32,000 nt of DNA from Oxalobacteraceae bacterium (GCA_965194595.1 CBDAEK010000001.1:666727-698726), one strand, 5' to 3'. Shown: positions 10,162-20,179, counted from the stretch's first letter. A program made the numbers and translations. Notes: a model not told the origin generated them from the sequence alone.

Positions 10162-10743
10162 TTAACAAGTAGCGCTATCCTTATCGGGATCGCACACACG
10201 AACACGGCCTAAAAAACCAATAATGATCTTTAGACGCTGAGCACTGACTGCAAAAATGAATGACCCAATTTGCGGAATTTGGCTACTAGCTGCGCTGCGC
10301 GGACGTCCACTCGTATCAAAGGCAAGGTAGGATTTTTTACTATCGCGCAGCTTAGCTTCTACGGCCAATCCCTTAGTTTCTGCCTGACTGTGCTGCAGCA
10401 GTACATCGCATACATCCAATTGCTGATTATTGTTTGCGTCAATCAGCACCAACCATCCTTTACTCCAATCCTTAGAATCTGAGGGAATCACATCTACACG
10501 AGTCTGTCGCCGCATAGCCTCAGCTCGCGCTAGCAATATAGCTCTGTGAAACTCACTCATCGCCGAGGTAACACGTGATCGATCAACTACAGACCGAAAA
10601 TTGGACGATGTCATCAATAACAGAATCGCTGCGATCACAAGCGTCGCTAGATACTCAATCATGCCAAATCCTGATCGCGTATCCGGTCGAGTCAGATAAA
10701 AAAATCGCTGGCCATATCCATTGGTTAGAGCGTGCTTAGTCAT
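10162..10743 (-). CDS. GspH/FimT-family type IV minor pseudopilin
   Basis: Carries the prepilin N-terminus SG|FGMIEYLATLVIAAILLL, with Glu at +5. The ORF 10162-10785 is trimmed to the ATG at 10743, which overlaps the upstream stop as ATGACTAA. That overlap suggests translational coupling. Confidence 0.6.
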   Translation of the reverse strand: MTKHALTNGYGQRFFYLTRPDTRSGFGMIEYLATLVIAAILLLMTSSNFRSVVDRSRVTSAMSEFHRAILLARAEAMRRQTRVDVIPSDSKDWSKGWLVLIDANNNQQLDVCDVLLQHSQAETKGLAVEAKLRDSKKSYLAFDTSGRPRSAASSQIPQIGSFIFAVSAQRLKIIIGFLGRVRVCDPDKDSATC

Positions 10744-11269
10744 CCAACCACTCTCTCCAAGCGAGTTGACGTAGCTGTCGTTCACACGGATCCGTTAAAT
10801 CTTCCGGACACAACTGAATGGCGTAATCAGCCTGCGCAACAAATCGCGTCGTCGCAAACAAGCCACGACCTGTTGCTGTAATTCGAACAATACCTGCATG
10901 CCGAAAGGCGCTAACCATTTCAAACTGATACTCGGGCGGTGATTTCGATTGCATTCGACCGCCCGAGGGAAAGTTATCTCCTGTCACGCTGCCAAATTCA
11001 TATACGACGTCATTACTCAATAATGAAAGGGGGTCATCCATTATTTTCAAATGCTGATACGCATCGTGTAATGCCGCCTCTGCAGCTTCACAGGCAATCA
11101 ATCGATCGACATTGCCTACAGTGAGCGTTCGAAAATCATGTCCTATCCGAAGCGTGGTCAGCGATATCACCAGCAAAATCGATGTCAACACAATGCAAGG
11201 CAGCAAAGTGAAACCGCGGCGGCCATGGCATCCCCAGGAAATCTTAATCGATTGATTTTTCATCGTCAC
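10736..11269 (-). CDS. PilX-like type IV pilus minor pilin
   Basis: 177-aa ORF with the N-terminal RRG|FTLLPCIVLTSILLVISL hydrophobic helix. Its position after the pilW-like gene fits PilX. Confidence 0.5.
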   Translation of the reverse strand: MTMKNQSIKISWGCHGRRGFTLLPCIVLTSILLVISLTTLRIGHDFRTLTVGNVDRLIACEAAEAALHDAYQHLKIMDDPLSLLSNDVVYEFGSVTGDNFPSGGRMQSKSPPEYQFEMVSAFRHAGIVRITATGRGLFATTRFVAQADYAIQLCPEDLTDPCERQLRQLAWREWLDD

Positions 11270-11289
11270 GCAAAGAAGAAAGTCCGCTA

Positions 11290-12216
11290 CTAATTACGTT
11301 CGCTTTGTTGCAGCCCAGTTTGATGATTCAGTAATGCGTGATTACGTAAAAAAACTAACCTATCAAATACTCGACTCAAACGTTTTCTCTGTACTACTGG
11401 AAAATCCGACAAAGAAAAATGAGTACCCGGATCGATCGCAGCGTAAGCATCAGAGTAAAAACGCCCAAAGAGATCGAGCAAATCAGGTGGAGCTTGATCA
11501 ACTAAGTCTGCCTCTGCCTGCATGACTAACGCGATATGAACTGCAACGACATGCCGCCAGACACTGCCTTCAGATTGGCCGGCAGTATTTTCTTTTTGGT
11601 TAATCGTCGTAGCATTAAGAAACTGATTCGGCAAACCGTCGTTGTCTGTATCTAAGCCATAAAGAAATTGAAGCGTGACGACTCCACTTGCCAGCGATTG
11701 CGAATCCCATTGATAGGTTCCGCGATATTTACAGCGAAAATCTCCTGTGCCATTCGTGCCTCGGACTATATAAAAAACACTCCATCCACGATCGATTCCA
11801 TCGAGCGACGTGGGAGGCACAGTAAATCCTGCGCAATTATGCAAAATCATTTTGCTATCCAGACTCGAGGCTGAAAAATGAATCGCAAGTGCATCACTCC
11901 CATGAAACCCTGAGCCCGTCGTCACGCTAATCTCTTCAGCAGTGCCGCTAATGACGGTATTGTCCAGACCACGCAGCGCAATTGCGGAATCTTCTGCCAA
12001 ATCCAGTGGGTCGCTGTGACCCGCTTGCTGTATGGCGCGCGCCATGTGATCGAGCAGGAAATACGCATCCTGCTCGATGATGAAAATTTGTTCCTGCCTA
12101 AAATGCGTTACCACCGCTGCTCGAACAACTCTGGCAAGTGGCAACAAAATAAACAAGCCCAGACCAATAGCAATCAACATATCCAGCATTGCTATCCCCT
12201 GCCCTTGCTTTCTCAT
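11290..12216 (-). CDS. PilW-like type IV pilus minor pilin
   Basis: 308-aa ORF with the N-terminus GQG|IAMLDMLIAIGLGLFILL. Its size and its position between the pilV-like and pilX-like genes fit PilW. It overlaps the upstream gene by 4 nt. Confidence 0.55.
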   Translation of the reverse strand: MRKQGQGIAMLDMLIAIGLGLFILLPLARVVRAAVVTHFRQEQIFIIEQDAYFLLDHMARAIQQAGHSDPLDLAEDSAIALRGLDNTVISGTAEEISVTTGSGFHGSDALAIHFSASSLDSKMILHNCAGFTVPPTSLDGIDRGWSVFYIVRGTNGTGDFRCKYRGTYQWDSQSLASGVVTLQFLYGLDTDNDGLPNQFLNATTINQKENTAGQSEGSVWRHVVAVHIALVMQAEADLVDQAPPDLLDLFGRFYSDAYAAIDPGTHFSLSDFPVVQRKRLSRVFDRLVFLRNHALLNHQTGLQQSERN

Positions 12217-12743
12217 GGAATGATGCCTACGTTGAGCACAATCGATGGATAAAAATTGACCGCACCGCGACGATCAGGCCATCCCAGTTTGAGTACCCAA
12301 GGTGATGATTCATCCTCCACTGAAGGACACGGCCATTGAAATACTGCCGAGTCCCATGCTTTCCCATCGCGACACAGAACAACACGCGCACCGGGCAAAT
12401 CAGAGAGTAAGCGCCGTTGCCAATGCCACAAGTAAAACTCAGCCGCATCGCTTGCTGTGCAAGCTGACTGATAACAATCCAACGGCGCATCTAAATTTTG
12501 AATACGCTGCAAAAGATTCATCGATATTCCAGACAACGAATGCGCTCCACCCGCCCTTAGCCAAGTGGCCATCTCTACGCTAAGACGCCTGGCCGCATGC
12601 TCCTTTACTGCAACACGAATGACTACCTGCGCATGACTGGTAATAAACGCCATAGCCAATGTACTCGTCGTGATCACAACCAAGGAGACCATGACTTCCA
12701 CGAGAGCGAAACCTATCGCGTAGTGTTGACCGATCATGGGCAA
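12213..12743 (-). CDS. PilV-like type IV pilus minor pilin
   Basis: 176-aa ORF with the prepilin motif IG|FALVEVMVSLVVITTS, with Glu at +5. It is the first gene of the four-gene operon. Confidence 0.6.
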   Translation of the reverse strand: MPMIGQHYAIGFALVEVMVSLVVITTSTLAMAFITSHAQVVIRVAVKEHAARRLSVEMATWLRAGGAHSLSGISMNLLQRIQNLDAPLDCYQSACTASDAAEFYLWHWQRRLLSDLPGARVVLCRDGKAWDSAVFQWPCPSVEDESSPWVLKLGWPDRRGAVNFYPSIVLNVGIIP

Positions 12744-12905
12744 GAGAAAAAATCAAATCAGGAATGTGATCTGATAAAAATCGCTGCACAAGCTAAGTTA
12801 GTTTATTTCTAAAAAACTCAGCAGTCGTTCGGATTTTTGATTATTGGTTCGGTCACCAATAAATTTTGAGGGGATTATTTTGTAGCAATTAAAGAGTTAA
12901 AGCGA

Positions 12906-13394
12906 TTACTTAGGAAGTGAATCTTTACGTTTATTGGCCACGCGTTCTAAATCGACTTCATCAATCGCATCTCTGAATTCGGCCACATCTTCAAAGCTAC
13001 GATAGACCGAGGCAAACCGAATATAGGCAATTTTGTCCAAGCGCTTTAATTCGCGCATTACTAGCTCGCCAATCTGGCCCGACAAAATTTCACGTTCGCC
13101 CGAAGAAAGTAATTTTTCTTCGATACGATGAATCGCCGTATCCACGGCATCGGCTGACACAGGGCGCTTTCTTAGCGCAAGCATCAAACTTGCACGGAGT
13201 TTGGCTGGCTCAAATTCCGTGCGGCTACCGTTCTTTTTGACGATAACAGGCATTGCCAACTCAATCCGCTCAAACGTCGTAAAGCGTTTGTCGCAATCGT
13301 TGCAACGACGACGGCGACGGATACTGTCCCCTTCATCCGACGTCCGGGTATCCAGCACTTGTAAATCTTCATTCTGGCAGTAGGGACAACGCAC
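12906..13394 (-). CDS. nrdR: Transcriptional repressor NrdR
   Basis: Contains the zinc ribbon CPYC...CNDC followed by an ATP-cone. The track ORF starts at a TTG at 13415. A perfect AAGGAG at 13404-13409 sits 9 nt upstream of the GTG at 13394, which gives the canonical start (M)RCPYCQ. Confidence 0.9.
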   Translation of the reverse strand: MRCPYCQNEDLQVLDTRTSDEGDSIRRRRRCNDCDKRFTTFERIELAMPVIVKKNGSRTEFEPAKLRASLMLALRKRPVSADAVDTAIHRIEEKLLSSGEREILSGQIGELVMRELKRLDKIAYIRFASVYRSFEDVAEFRDAIDEVDLERVANKRKDSLPK

Positions 13395-13415
13395 GGGGAC
13401 AGTCTCCTTTAACAA

Positions 13416-14666
13416 TCAAGCTTGATACACAGGGAATGCGTCAGTCAATTTCTTAACCTCAGCCCTCACCTTAGCAAGATTGGCTTCATCATGCGGGTTA
13501 TCCAACACGTCGGCGATCAACTGACCTACCTTGGTCGCTTCTGCCACACCAAAACCACGCGTCGTCATTGCTGGACTACCTAAACGAATGCCGGATGTTA
13601 CAAACGGTTTTTCCGGATCATTAGGAATACCATTTTTATTGCAGGTAATGTGCGCTAAGCCGAGAACAGCTTCAGCTTCTTTACCGGTCATTTTTTTAGC
13701 GCGCAGATCAACTAGCATCACATGCGACTCGGTACGGCCCGAGACAATTCTTAACCCACGTTGTATCAGCGATTTGGCCAATGCATCAGCATTTTTTATC
13801 ACCTGCTCTTGATAGGACTTGAACTCGGGTGATAGCGCCTCTTGAAACGCCACCGCCTTTGCCGCGATTACATGCATTAATGGGCCACCCTGCAAACCAG
13901 GGAAAATAGCGCTATTAATTTTTTTGGCGATGTCTTCGTCATTCGTCAAAATGATGCCGCCACGCGGACCACGCAGACTTTTGTGGGTGGTCGATGTCAC
14001 CACATGCGCATGATTGATAGGGTTAGGGTAAACACCCGCAGCAATCAACCCCGAGTAATGCGCCATATCCACCAATAGGTAAGCACCAATATCTTTCGCT
14101 ACTTTGGCAAAAAATTCCCAGTCGATGCGAAGTGAATACGCCGAAGCACCGGCGATAATTAACTTAGGCTTTTTATCGTGCGCTAGTTTTTCCATTTGCG
14201 CATAGTCAATTTCTTCTTTGTCATTCAAACCGTACGAAATGACATTGAACCATTTGCCCGACATGTTTAACGCCATACCGTGCGTTAAGTGCCCGCCTTC
14301 GGCTAAGGACATGCCCATGATGGTGTCGCCAGGATTAAGCAAGGCCAGAAAAACAGCTTGATTCGCTTGTGAACCAGAATTCGCCTGCACATTGGCGAAA
14401 TTAGCTCCGTAGAGTTTTTTCAGGCGTTCAATCGCCAACGATTCAGCGATATCGACAAATTCGCAACCACCGTAATAGCGTTTACCCGGATATCCCTCAG
14501 CGTATTTATTCGTCAGCTGTGAGCCCTGCGCTTCCATAACAGCCGGTGAGGCATAGTTTTCAGAGGCAATCAGCTCGATGTGATCTTGCTGACGCTGATT
14601 TTCTTTCTGGATGGCTGACCATAGTTCAGGGTCAGTGTGGGCGATCGTATGATCTCTGGAAAACAT
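13416..14666 (-). CDS. glyA: Serine hydroxymethyltransferase
   Basis: 416-aa ORF containing ELIASENY and the PLP site [15 protein letters not shown]. Confidence 0.95.
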   Translation of the reverse strand: MFSRDHTIAHTDPELWSAIQKENQRQQDHIELIASENYASPAVMEAQGSQLTNKYAEGYPGKRYYGGCEFVDIAESLAIERLKKLYGANFANVQANSGSQANQAVFLALLNPGDTIMGMSLAEGGHLTHGMALNMSGKWFNVISYGLNDKEEIDYAQMEKLAHDKKPKLIIAGASAYSLRIDWEFFAKVAKDIGAYLLVDMAHYSGLIAAGVYPNPINHAHVVTSTTHKSLRGPRGGIILTNDEDIAKKINSAIFPGLQGGPLMHVIAAKAVAFQEALSPEFKSYQEQVIKNADALAKSLIQRGLRIVSGRTESHVMLVDLRAKKMTGKEAEAVLGLAHITCNKNGIPNDPEKPFVTSGIRLGSPAMTTRGFGVAEATKVGQLIADVLDNPHDEANLAKVRAEVKKLTDAFPVYQA

Positions 14667-14991
14667 TATGCAACTCCAATCATCAGGAATGTTATGGGCT
14701 AAATCGAATGAGGTAATAGCGGCAGGTAAAGGTGCAGCCTTAAATAACGTACTGCAGGCACCCCAACCCTATGGCTGAATACGACGGAAGAGCTAGGGTG
14801 CTTTTGGGGGAAAGCCCACTATCTGAATCTCTCAGGTCATGCACGGCGGCTGTTATACCCGACAAAATGTGTCGAAATTTTAGAGGACGCCCGGTTTTTG
14901 GGCAAGAACTGCTCGCCGTCGCTTGTGGTGTTTGGGCTAAAATGGGGCGGTTTCCTGTTCATTCAAAAAAATCTTCTTACAAAGGGAACTG

Positions 14992-15741
14992 ATGATCGTT
15001 TTAATTACTGGCGCAAGCTCTGGGTTTGGCGCTGAAATGGCCCGTAAATTTGTATCCCACGGTCACCTCGTCATTGCGGCGGCACGACGCACCGATCGTC
15101 TCTCTGCGCTAGCGGCCGAACTGGGTAAAAACCTACTGCCCATCGAGCTTGATGTCACCAGCAAAACCTCCATAGACCATGCTTTAGCAACGCTGCCCAC
15201 CGACTGGCAAACCATTGACGTGTTGATTAACAATGCCGGCCTGGCTTTAGGATTAGAGGCCGCTCATGAGGCGCATCTCGATGACTGGGACAACATGATA
15301 GCCACCAATTGCCGCGGCTTGGTAACAATGACTCGCGCCGTCTTGCCACGCATGGTCGCGCGCGGATCAGGCATCGTCATCAATATTGGTTCAGTGGCCG
15401 GTGCCTATCCCTATCCCGGCGGCAACGTTTACGGCGCTACCAAAGCTTTTGTCGATCAATTTACCTTAAACCTTAGAGCAGATTTGGTCGGTACCGGTGT
15501 GCGCGCCACTAATATCGCCCCAGGGCTGGCGGGTGGAACTGAATTCTCTAATGTGCGCTTCAAAGGTAATGATGAAGCCGCTGCTAAGGTCTACCAAGGC
15601 ACCGTACCTCTAAATGCAGGTGATGTCGCCGAAGCCGCCTATTGGGTCAGCACGTTACCGCCACATGTGAATATCAACGGTATAGAAATGATGGCTACCT
15701 GCCAAGGCTTTGCTCCTTTCACTATTAAGCGCAACAGCTAA
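14992..15741 (+). CDS. Short-chain dehydrogenase/reductase (YdfG-like NADP-dependent 3-hydroxy acid dehydrogenase family)
   Basis: 249-aa ORF with the cofactor motif TGASSGFG, NNAG and the catalytic YGATK. Confidence 0.85.
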   Translation: MIVLITGASSGFGAEMARKFVSHGHLVIAAARRTDRLSALAAELGKNLLPIELDVTSKTSIDHALATLPTDWQTIDVLINNAGLALGLEAAHEAHLDDWDNMIATNCRGLVTMTRAVLPRMVARGSGIVINIGSVAGAYPYPGGNVYGATKAFVDQFTLNLRADLVGTGVRATNIAPGLAGGTEFSNVRFKGNDEAAAKVYQGTVPLNAGDVAEAAYWVSTLPPHVNINGIEMMATCQGFAPFTIKRNS

Positions 15742-16175
15742 TGGTTCTGGAGTTCCGCTGGCCGCAGAGGGTGTATTACGAGGATACCGACACCGGCGGT
15801 GTGGTGTATTACGCCAATTACTTAAAATTTTTTGAGCGCGCACGTTCGGAATGGCTGCGTAGCGCCGGCATTGCGCAACAGGTGCTAACGGAACAAGAAC
15901 ACGTCATGTTTGTAGTAAAAAATGCAGCCATCGATTACCATTTGCCAGCGAAACTAGATGATCAATTGGAGATCAGTGTTCGAGTAGAAAAGTTAGGTAA
16001 GGCTTCGGTGAGTTTTTACCAAGAAGCCTGGCGACAAAACAAGGATGCGCGCGAGCTACTGTGTCATGGCCGTATCCGAGTGGGATGCGTTCATACGGCC
16101 TCTTTACGTCCGACACCGATACCTACGGCCGTACTAGAAAAAATCGATCACCTTAGCGCGCCTCTGACCCATTAA
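15741..16175 (+). CDS. ybgC: Tol-Pal-associated acyl-CoA thioesterase (4HBT hotdog fold)
   Basis: 144-aa ORF containing RVYYEDTDTGGVVYYANYLKFFERAR. It lies directly upstream of tolQ. Its start overlaps the SDR stop (TAATG). Confidence 0.8.
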   Translation: MVLEFRWPQRVYYEDTDTGGVVYYANYLKFFERARSEWLRSAGIAQQVLTEQEHVMFVVKNAAIDYHLPAKLDDQLEISVRVEKLGKASVSFYQEAWRQNKDARELLCHGRIRVGCVHTASLRPTPIPTAVLEKIDHLSAPLTH

Positions 16176-16217
16176 AACGGCGCTCATAACTATTAAACCA
16201 ACCTCCTTCACACCACT

Positions 16218-16916
16218 ATGACTGTTACACAAGACCTTTCATTTTTCGGGATGATCAGCAACGCATCGCTGCTGGTGCAGTTAGTGATGGCCCTGCTATT
16301 GCTCATATCAGCGATGAGCTGGACATACATCTTTCGTAAAATGTTCACCATCCGGAGTGCGATTGCTCGCACCACTGAATTTGAAACCGTCTTTTGGTCG
16401 GGTGCTAATTTAAACAATTTATATGAAGACGTCACCTCGGGGCGTCGTCAGCGCAATGGTCAATCAGGCGCACTGGAAAGAATTTTCGAAGCCGGCATGG
16501 AGGAGTACCGCAAAGCCCGCCAAACCTTCACTGGTAAAGATATTGATGTGAGTGCTTTATTAGATGGCGCACGCCGAGCTATGCGTGCAGCCTATCAGCG
16601 AGAAATGGATGCGCTCGAATCTCATCTGGCTTTTTTAGCCTCCGTCGGATCAGTATCGCCTTACATAGGATTGTTTGGCACAGTCTGGGGCATCATGAAT
16701 TCATTTCGTGGTCTGGCGAATGTGCAGCAAGCGACACTAGCCTCGGTTGCACCCGGCATTGCCGAAGCCTTAGTTGCCACCGCCATTGGTCTGTTTGCGG
16801 CAATCCCAGCGGTAGTAGCTTTTAATCGCTATTCACACGATATCGATAGATTAGCTATTCGCTTCGAGAGCTTCATCGAAGAGTTTTCTAACATTCTGAA
16901 CCGACAGGCTCGCTAA
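16218..16916 (+). CDS. tolQ: Tol-Pal system protein TolQ
   Basis: 232-aa MotA/TolQ/ExbB-type protein containing LASVGSVSPYIGLFGTVWGIM and IAEALVATAIGL. Confidence 0.9.
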   Translation: MTVTQDLSFFGMISNASLLVQLVMALLLLISAMSWTYIFRKMFTIRSAIARTTEFETVFWSGANLNNLYEDVTSGRRQRNGQSGALERIFEAGMEEYRKARQTFTGKDIDVSALLDGARRAMRAAYQREMDALESHLAFLASVGSVSPYIGLFGTVWGIMNSFRGLANVQQATLASVAPGIAEALVATAIGLFAAIPAVVAFNRYSHDIDRLAIRFESFIEEFSNILNRQAR

Positions 16917-17338
16917 TGGCACACAGCTCAAGCCTGCGCGGTGGGCGTACTCGAAAATTCAAGGCAGAAATCAACGTCGTTCCTTATATCGACGTGATGT
17001 TAGTGCTACTGGTTATTTTTATGGTGGTCGCGCCCTTATCAACGCCCAGCATGATTAACTTGCCTAAAGCAGGCAAATCAAATCAGCCACCGACCGACTA
17101 CTTAGAAATTGAACTCAAACCAGATGGTTCAGCCACCGTCGGTATTCATGGCAAAAAAACACAAACAACCAGCAAGCGTGAAGAGCTTGGCATGCGCTTG
17201 CAAGAGCTGCATGAAAAATACCCTGAGCTGCCGCTAATGATATCGGCAGACAAAGATATTAAATACGACGAGGTAGTACAAACTATTTCGCAAGCCAACA
17301 AAACCGGCATAGGTCGAGTCGGTCTCTCCACCCGCTGA
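16916..17338 (+). CDS. tolR: Tol-Pal system protein TolR
   Basis: 140-aa ExbD/TolR protein containing INVVPYIDVMLVLLVIFMV. Confidence 0.9.
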   Translation: MAHSSSLRGGRTRKFKAEINVVPYIDVMLVLLVIFMVVAPLSTPSMINLPKAGKSNQPPTDYLEIELKPDGSATVGIHGKKTQTTSKREELGMRLQELHEKYPELPLMISADKDIKYDEVVQTISQANKTGIGRVGLSTR

Positions 17339-17345
17339 GAAAGTT

Positions 17346-18311
17346 TTGAACAGCGCCACCAGCCATTACCTTATTCCGGCCGAACCAGGCCGTGGAAGAG
17401 CGCTGGCACTCGCGGCACTCGTACATTTTTTGCTGCTGGTTTTTTTGTGGTTTGGTGTTTCTTGGCAAAGTGACACACCGACCGAAGTCGAAGCAGAAAT
17501 CTGGAGTCCCGTTGCGCGTGAAGCTGCTCCACCGCCACCGCCTCCGGTAGCTAAACCCATTCAAGAACCACCCAAACCTGTAGCAGCGGTTACACCACCC
17601 ACACCACCTGCACCCGTCGTCCAGCCTGCACCCGTCGTCCAGCCTGAACCCGCACAGCAAAAACTCGCTGAGCCTGACATCGCACTCGAAAAAGAAAAAA
17701 AACGTAAACAAGAAAAAGAAGATGCTGAACGCCTGAAAAAAGAAAAGCTCGCCGAGAAGAAAGCGCTTGAAGAAAAGCAAAAGCGCAAGAAAATTGCTGA
17801 TGCAGAAGCGAAAGAAAAAAAACGTAAACAAGAAAATGAAGATGCTGAGTTACTAAAAAAAGAAAAATTAGCAGAGCGAAAAGCCTTTGACGAAGAGCAA
17901 AAGCGTGCTGCGGTCGATAAAGCAGCGGATGACAAAATAAAACTGAGGATGCGAGACGACTTAATACGGCAAACGAAAGATGATGGCGCAGGTGATGCTG
18001 AAAAATCACAAGGGCCGCGCGGGGACAATAGCTACGGTCGCAAGGTGGCAGGATTAATAAAATCGCATACAATCTTCCCGCTGAACGATATTGCAGGCAA
18101 TCCCGGTGTCGAGTTCTTGATAGAGCTGCAGCCTGATGGTGGGCTTCGAAGCGAGCCAAAAATGACTAAATCATCCGGCATAGCAGCGTTTGATCAGGCC
18201 GTGAAACGCGCGATTGAAAAATCGACGCCTTTCCCAGCTGATCCATCGACTGGGAAAGTACCTGCAAGCATCAAAATCACTCATCTACTGAAGGACAGTG
18301 ATACGCGATGA
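17346..18311 (+). CDS. tolA: Tol-Pal system protein TolA (TTG start)
   Basis: 321 aa. It has an N-terminal anchor ALALAALVHFLLLVFLWF, a Pro-rich linker, a Lys/Glu/Ala-rich helical domain II and a C-terminal TolA/TonB-like domain. It lies between tolR and tolB. Confidence 0.85.
   Translation: MNSATSHYLIPAEPGRGRALALAALVHFLLLVFLWFGVSWQSDTPTEVEAEIWSPVAREAAPPPPPPVAKPIQEPPKPVAAVTPPTPPAPVVQPAPVVQPEPAQQKLAEPDIALEKEKKRKQEKEDAERLKKEKLAEKKALEEKQKRKKIADAEAKEKKRKQENEDAELLKKEKLAERKAFDEEQKRAAVDKAADDKIKLRMRDDLIRQTKDDGAGDAEKSQGPRGDNSYGRKVAGLIKSHTIFPLNDIAGNPGVEFLIELQPDGGLRSEPKMTKSSGIAAFDQAVKRAIEKSTPFPADPSTGKVPASIKITHLLKDSDTR
17607..17642 (+). repeat. Perfect 18-bp tandem duplication inside tolA (PAPVVQ x2)
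   Basis: The unit cctgcacccgtcgtccag occurs at 17607-17624 and again at 17625-17642. Confidence 0.9.
17691..17906 (+). repeat. Imperfect 120-bp direct repeat inside tolA domain II
   Basis: The sequence aaagaaaaaaaacgtaaacaagaaaa(a/t)gaagatgctga... starts at 17691 and again at 17811. The protein copies are KEKKRKQEKEDAERLKKEKLAEKKALEEKQKR and KEKKRKQENEDAELLKKEKLAERKAFDEEQKR. Confidence 0.85.
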
Positions 18312-19579
18312 AAAGATATTTCTTGAAGCTTATTGCTCTCGCCACTTTTTTGGCGGTCATGCCGTATGCACAAGCACAGCTCAAGGTCGACATTTCAGGG
18401 GTCGGCGCTAACCAGATACCTATCAGTATCGCCAGCTTTGCCGATGAGCCACTTACTGGACACTCCATTAGCGGCATCATTCGCGCCGATCTTCAGCGCA
18501 GCGGTCTGTTCAAAATAATTGAGGCTTCTGAGATTCTCAGTGAAACAGCGCCGGTTAATCTAGCAAGCTGGAAAGCCAAAGGCGCTGACGCTCTCGTCAC
18601 TGGTAGCGTTGTTAAACACTCTGATGATCGCATTGAATTGCGCTACAAGCTCGCTGATACGGTGCGTACCGTCGATCTAGCTGTGCATAGCGTCAGCACC
18701 CAATCGCAGTTTGCGCGCCTGGCCGCGCACAAAATCGCCGACGATATTTTTGAGAAGCTCACCGGTATTCGCGGCGCCTTTGCGACTCGCATTGCGTACG
18801 TCAGCCGATCTGCTGGTGAATACCGACTTGAAGTGGCGGATTCCGATGGTGAGAGCGCATTCGTTGCCCTACGCTCTAGCGAGCCCATTATTTCGCCCAC
18901 TTGGTCACCTGACGGCACTAAATTAGCCTACGTATCATTTGAACTTAAAAAACCCGTGGTCTATGTTCAAGATCTCGCCAATCGCCGCCGTATCGTCGCC
19001 GCCAATTTCAAAGGAAGTAATTCCGCACCTGCGTGGTCACCCGATGGAAAAAAACTCGCTATTGCTTTATCGCGCGAAGGTCTAACGCAAATCTATCTGA
19101 TCAATGCCGATGGGTCTGACGTTAAAAAACTCACCCGATCAAACGGTATCGATACCGAGCCCTGCTTCTCTCCTGATGGGCAGAGCATCTACTTCACCAG
19201 TGATCGCAGCGGCGGCCCGCAAATTTACAAAATGAACCTGGACGGTGCTGATCTAAAACGACTGACCTACGGCGGCTCCTACAATATCAGTCCATCGGTC
19301 TCGCCAGACGGTAAAATGATGGCCTATATTTCGCGCCGCGAGGGCAAGTTCCAATTGCACGTTCTTGATCTGATAACTTCGCAAGAACAACGACTCACTG
19401 ATACATCGCATGATGAATCGCCAAGCTTCGCTCCGAACAGTCGTTACATTTTGTTTGCAACCGAAGCCTCAGGACAGGGTTCATTGACCGTCGTATCGAT
19501 TGATGGCACAGCGAAATACACCTTATCGGCCAAGGCATCAAATATTCGCGAGCCCTCTTGGGGGCCGTTTTCCAAATAA
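18308..19579 (+). CDS. tolB: Tol-Pal system beta-propeller protein TolB
   Basis: 423-aa ORF with the signal peptide MKRYFLKLIALATFLAVMPYAQA and repeated WSPDG / FSPDG propeller motifs. Confidence 0.95.
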   Translation: MKRYFLKLIALATFLAVMPYAQAQLKVDISGVGANQIPISIASFADEPLTGHSISGIIRADLQRSGLFKIIEASEILSETAPVNLASWKAKGADALVTGSVVKHSDDRIELRYKLADTVRTVDLAVHSVSTQSQFARLAAHKIADDIFEKLTGIRGAFATRIAYVSRSAGEYRLEVADSDGESAFVALRSSEPIISPTWSPDGTKLAYVSFELKKPVVYVQDLANRRRIVAANFKGSNSAPAWSPDGKKLAIALSREGLTQIYLINADGSDVKKLTRSNGIDTEPCFSPDGQSIYFTSDRSGGPQIYKMNLDGADLKRLTYGGSYNISPSVSPDGKMMAYISRREGKFQLHVLDLITSQEQRLTDTSHDESPSFAPNSRYILFATEASGQGSLTVVSIDGTAKYTLSAKASNIREPSWGPFSK

Positions 19580-19613
19580 TTAAATACGTTAATTCACATG
19601 AGGGGAGAATTAC

Positions 19614-20171
19614 ATGCAATTTAGCAAACAAGCCGCTATCGTTACTGCGCTTCTGCTGCTGCTGTCTGCCTGTTCAACCGTCAAACTCGACGAGTCAGCA
19701 CCCGTAGAAGATCGCACAGGCAAACCTGTGCCTCAAATAACCACGCTTCCTCCCTACCCTGGTGATCCAGGCATGGGCGCCGGATCGAATGCCAACACAA
19801 CTGCCTCCTCGTCTAAGGATCCGTTGGATGATCCAGCCAGCGTCTTGGCCAAACGCAGCATCTATTTCGATCTGGACAGTTATGTGGTCAAGGATGAATA
19901 CAAAACCGTCATCGAAACGCATGCGAAGTACCTGATTTCACGCAAAGATCGCAAGATCATCATTCAAGGCAATACGGATGAGCGCGGTGGTAGCGAATAC
20001 AACTTGGCATTGGGCCAAAAACGTTCAGAAGCCGTTCGCCGTGCCCTGCAATTGCTTGGTGTTCCAGATAGTCAAATGGAAGCGATCTCTTTGGGTAAAG
20101 AAAAACCTAAGGCCACCGGTAGCGGAGAAGAAGCCTGGGCAGAAAACCGTCGCGCAGATATCGTTTACTAA
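19614..20171 (+). CDS. pal: Peptidoglycan-associated lipoprotein Pal
   Basis: 185-aa ORF with the lipobox LLLLSAC and a C-terminal OmpA-like domain (GNTDERGGSEYNLALGQKRSEAV...NRRADIVY). Confidence 0.95.
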   Translation: MQFSKQAAIVTALLLLLSACSTVKLDESAPVEDRTGKPVPQITTLPPYPGDPGMGAGSNANTTASSSKDPLDDPASVLAKRSIYFDLDSYVVKDEYKTVIETHAKYLISRKDRKIIIQGNTDERGGSEYNLALGQKRSEAVRRALQLLGVPDSQMEAISLGKEKPKATGSGEEAWAENRRADIVY

Positions 20172-20179
20172 TACTCACT

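Noticed and set aside
12841-12862. Hairpin ttattggt-N6-accaataa downstream of nrdR as an intrinsic terminator
   Set aside because: The T-run (attttg) follows the hairpin only on the + strand, where no gene ends. On the minus strand, which carries nrdR, no U-run follows the stem. It may still act as a weak or Rho-assisted stop, but I cannot support the call.
14667-14991. Possible ZTP (pfl) or other riboswitch in the 325-bp glyA upstream region, plus the 73-aa ORF 14771-14992
   Set aside because: I looked on the minus strand for the ZTP signature (GACUGGCG ... GGUGG/CCACC ... CCGCCUGGGC). I found only weak partial resemblances (gacggcg, ccgccgtgca) and no P2 helix. The 73-aa ORF has no SD and an implausible composition. 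A cmscan with RF01750 would settle it.
17283-18159. Three long minus-strand ORFs (182, 155 and 189 aa) antisense to tolA
   Set aside because: They lie entirely within the low-complexity, repeat-rich Lys/Glu/Ala/Pro region of tolA. Their translations are runs of F, S, L and R with no protein-like features. They are an artefact of the biased composition of the sense strand.
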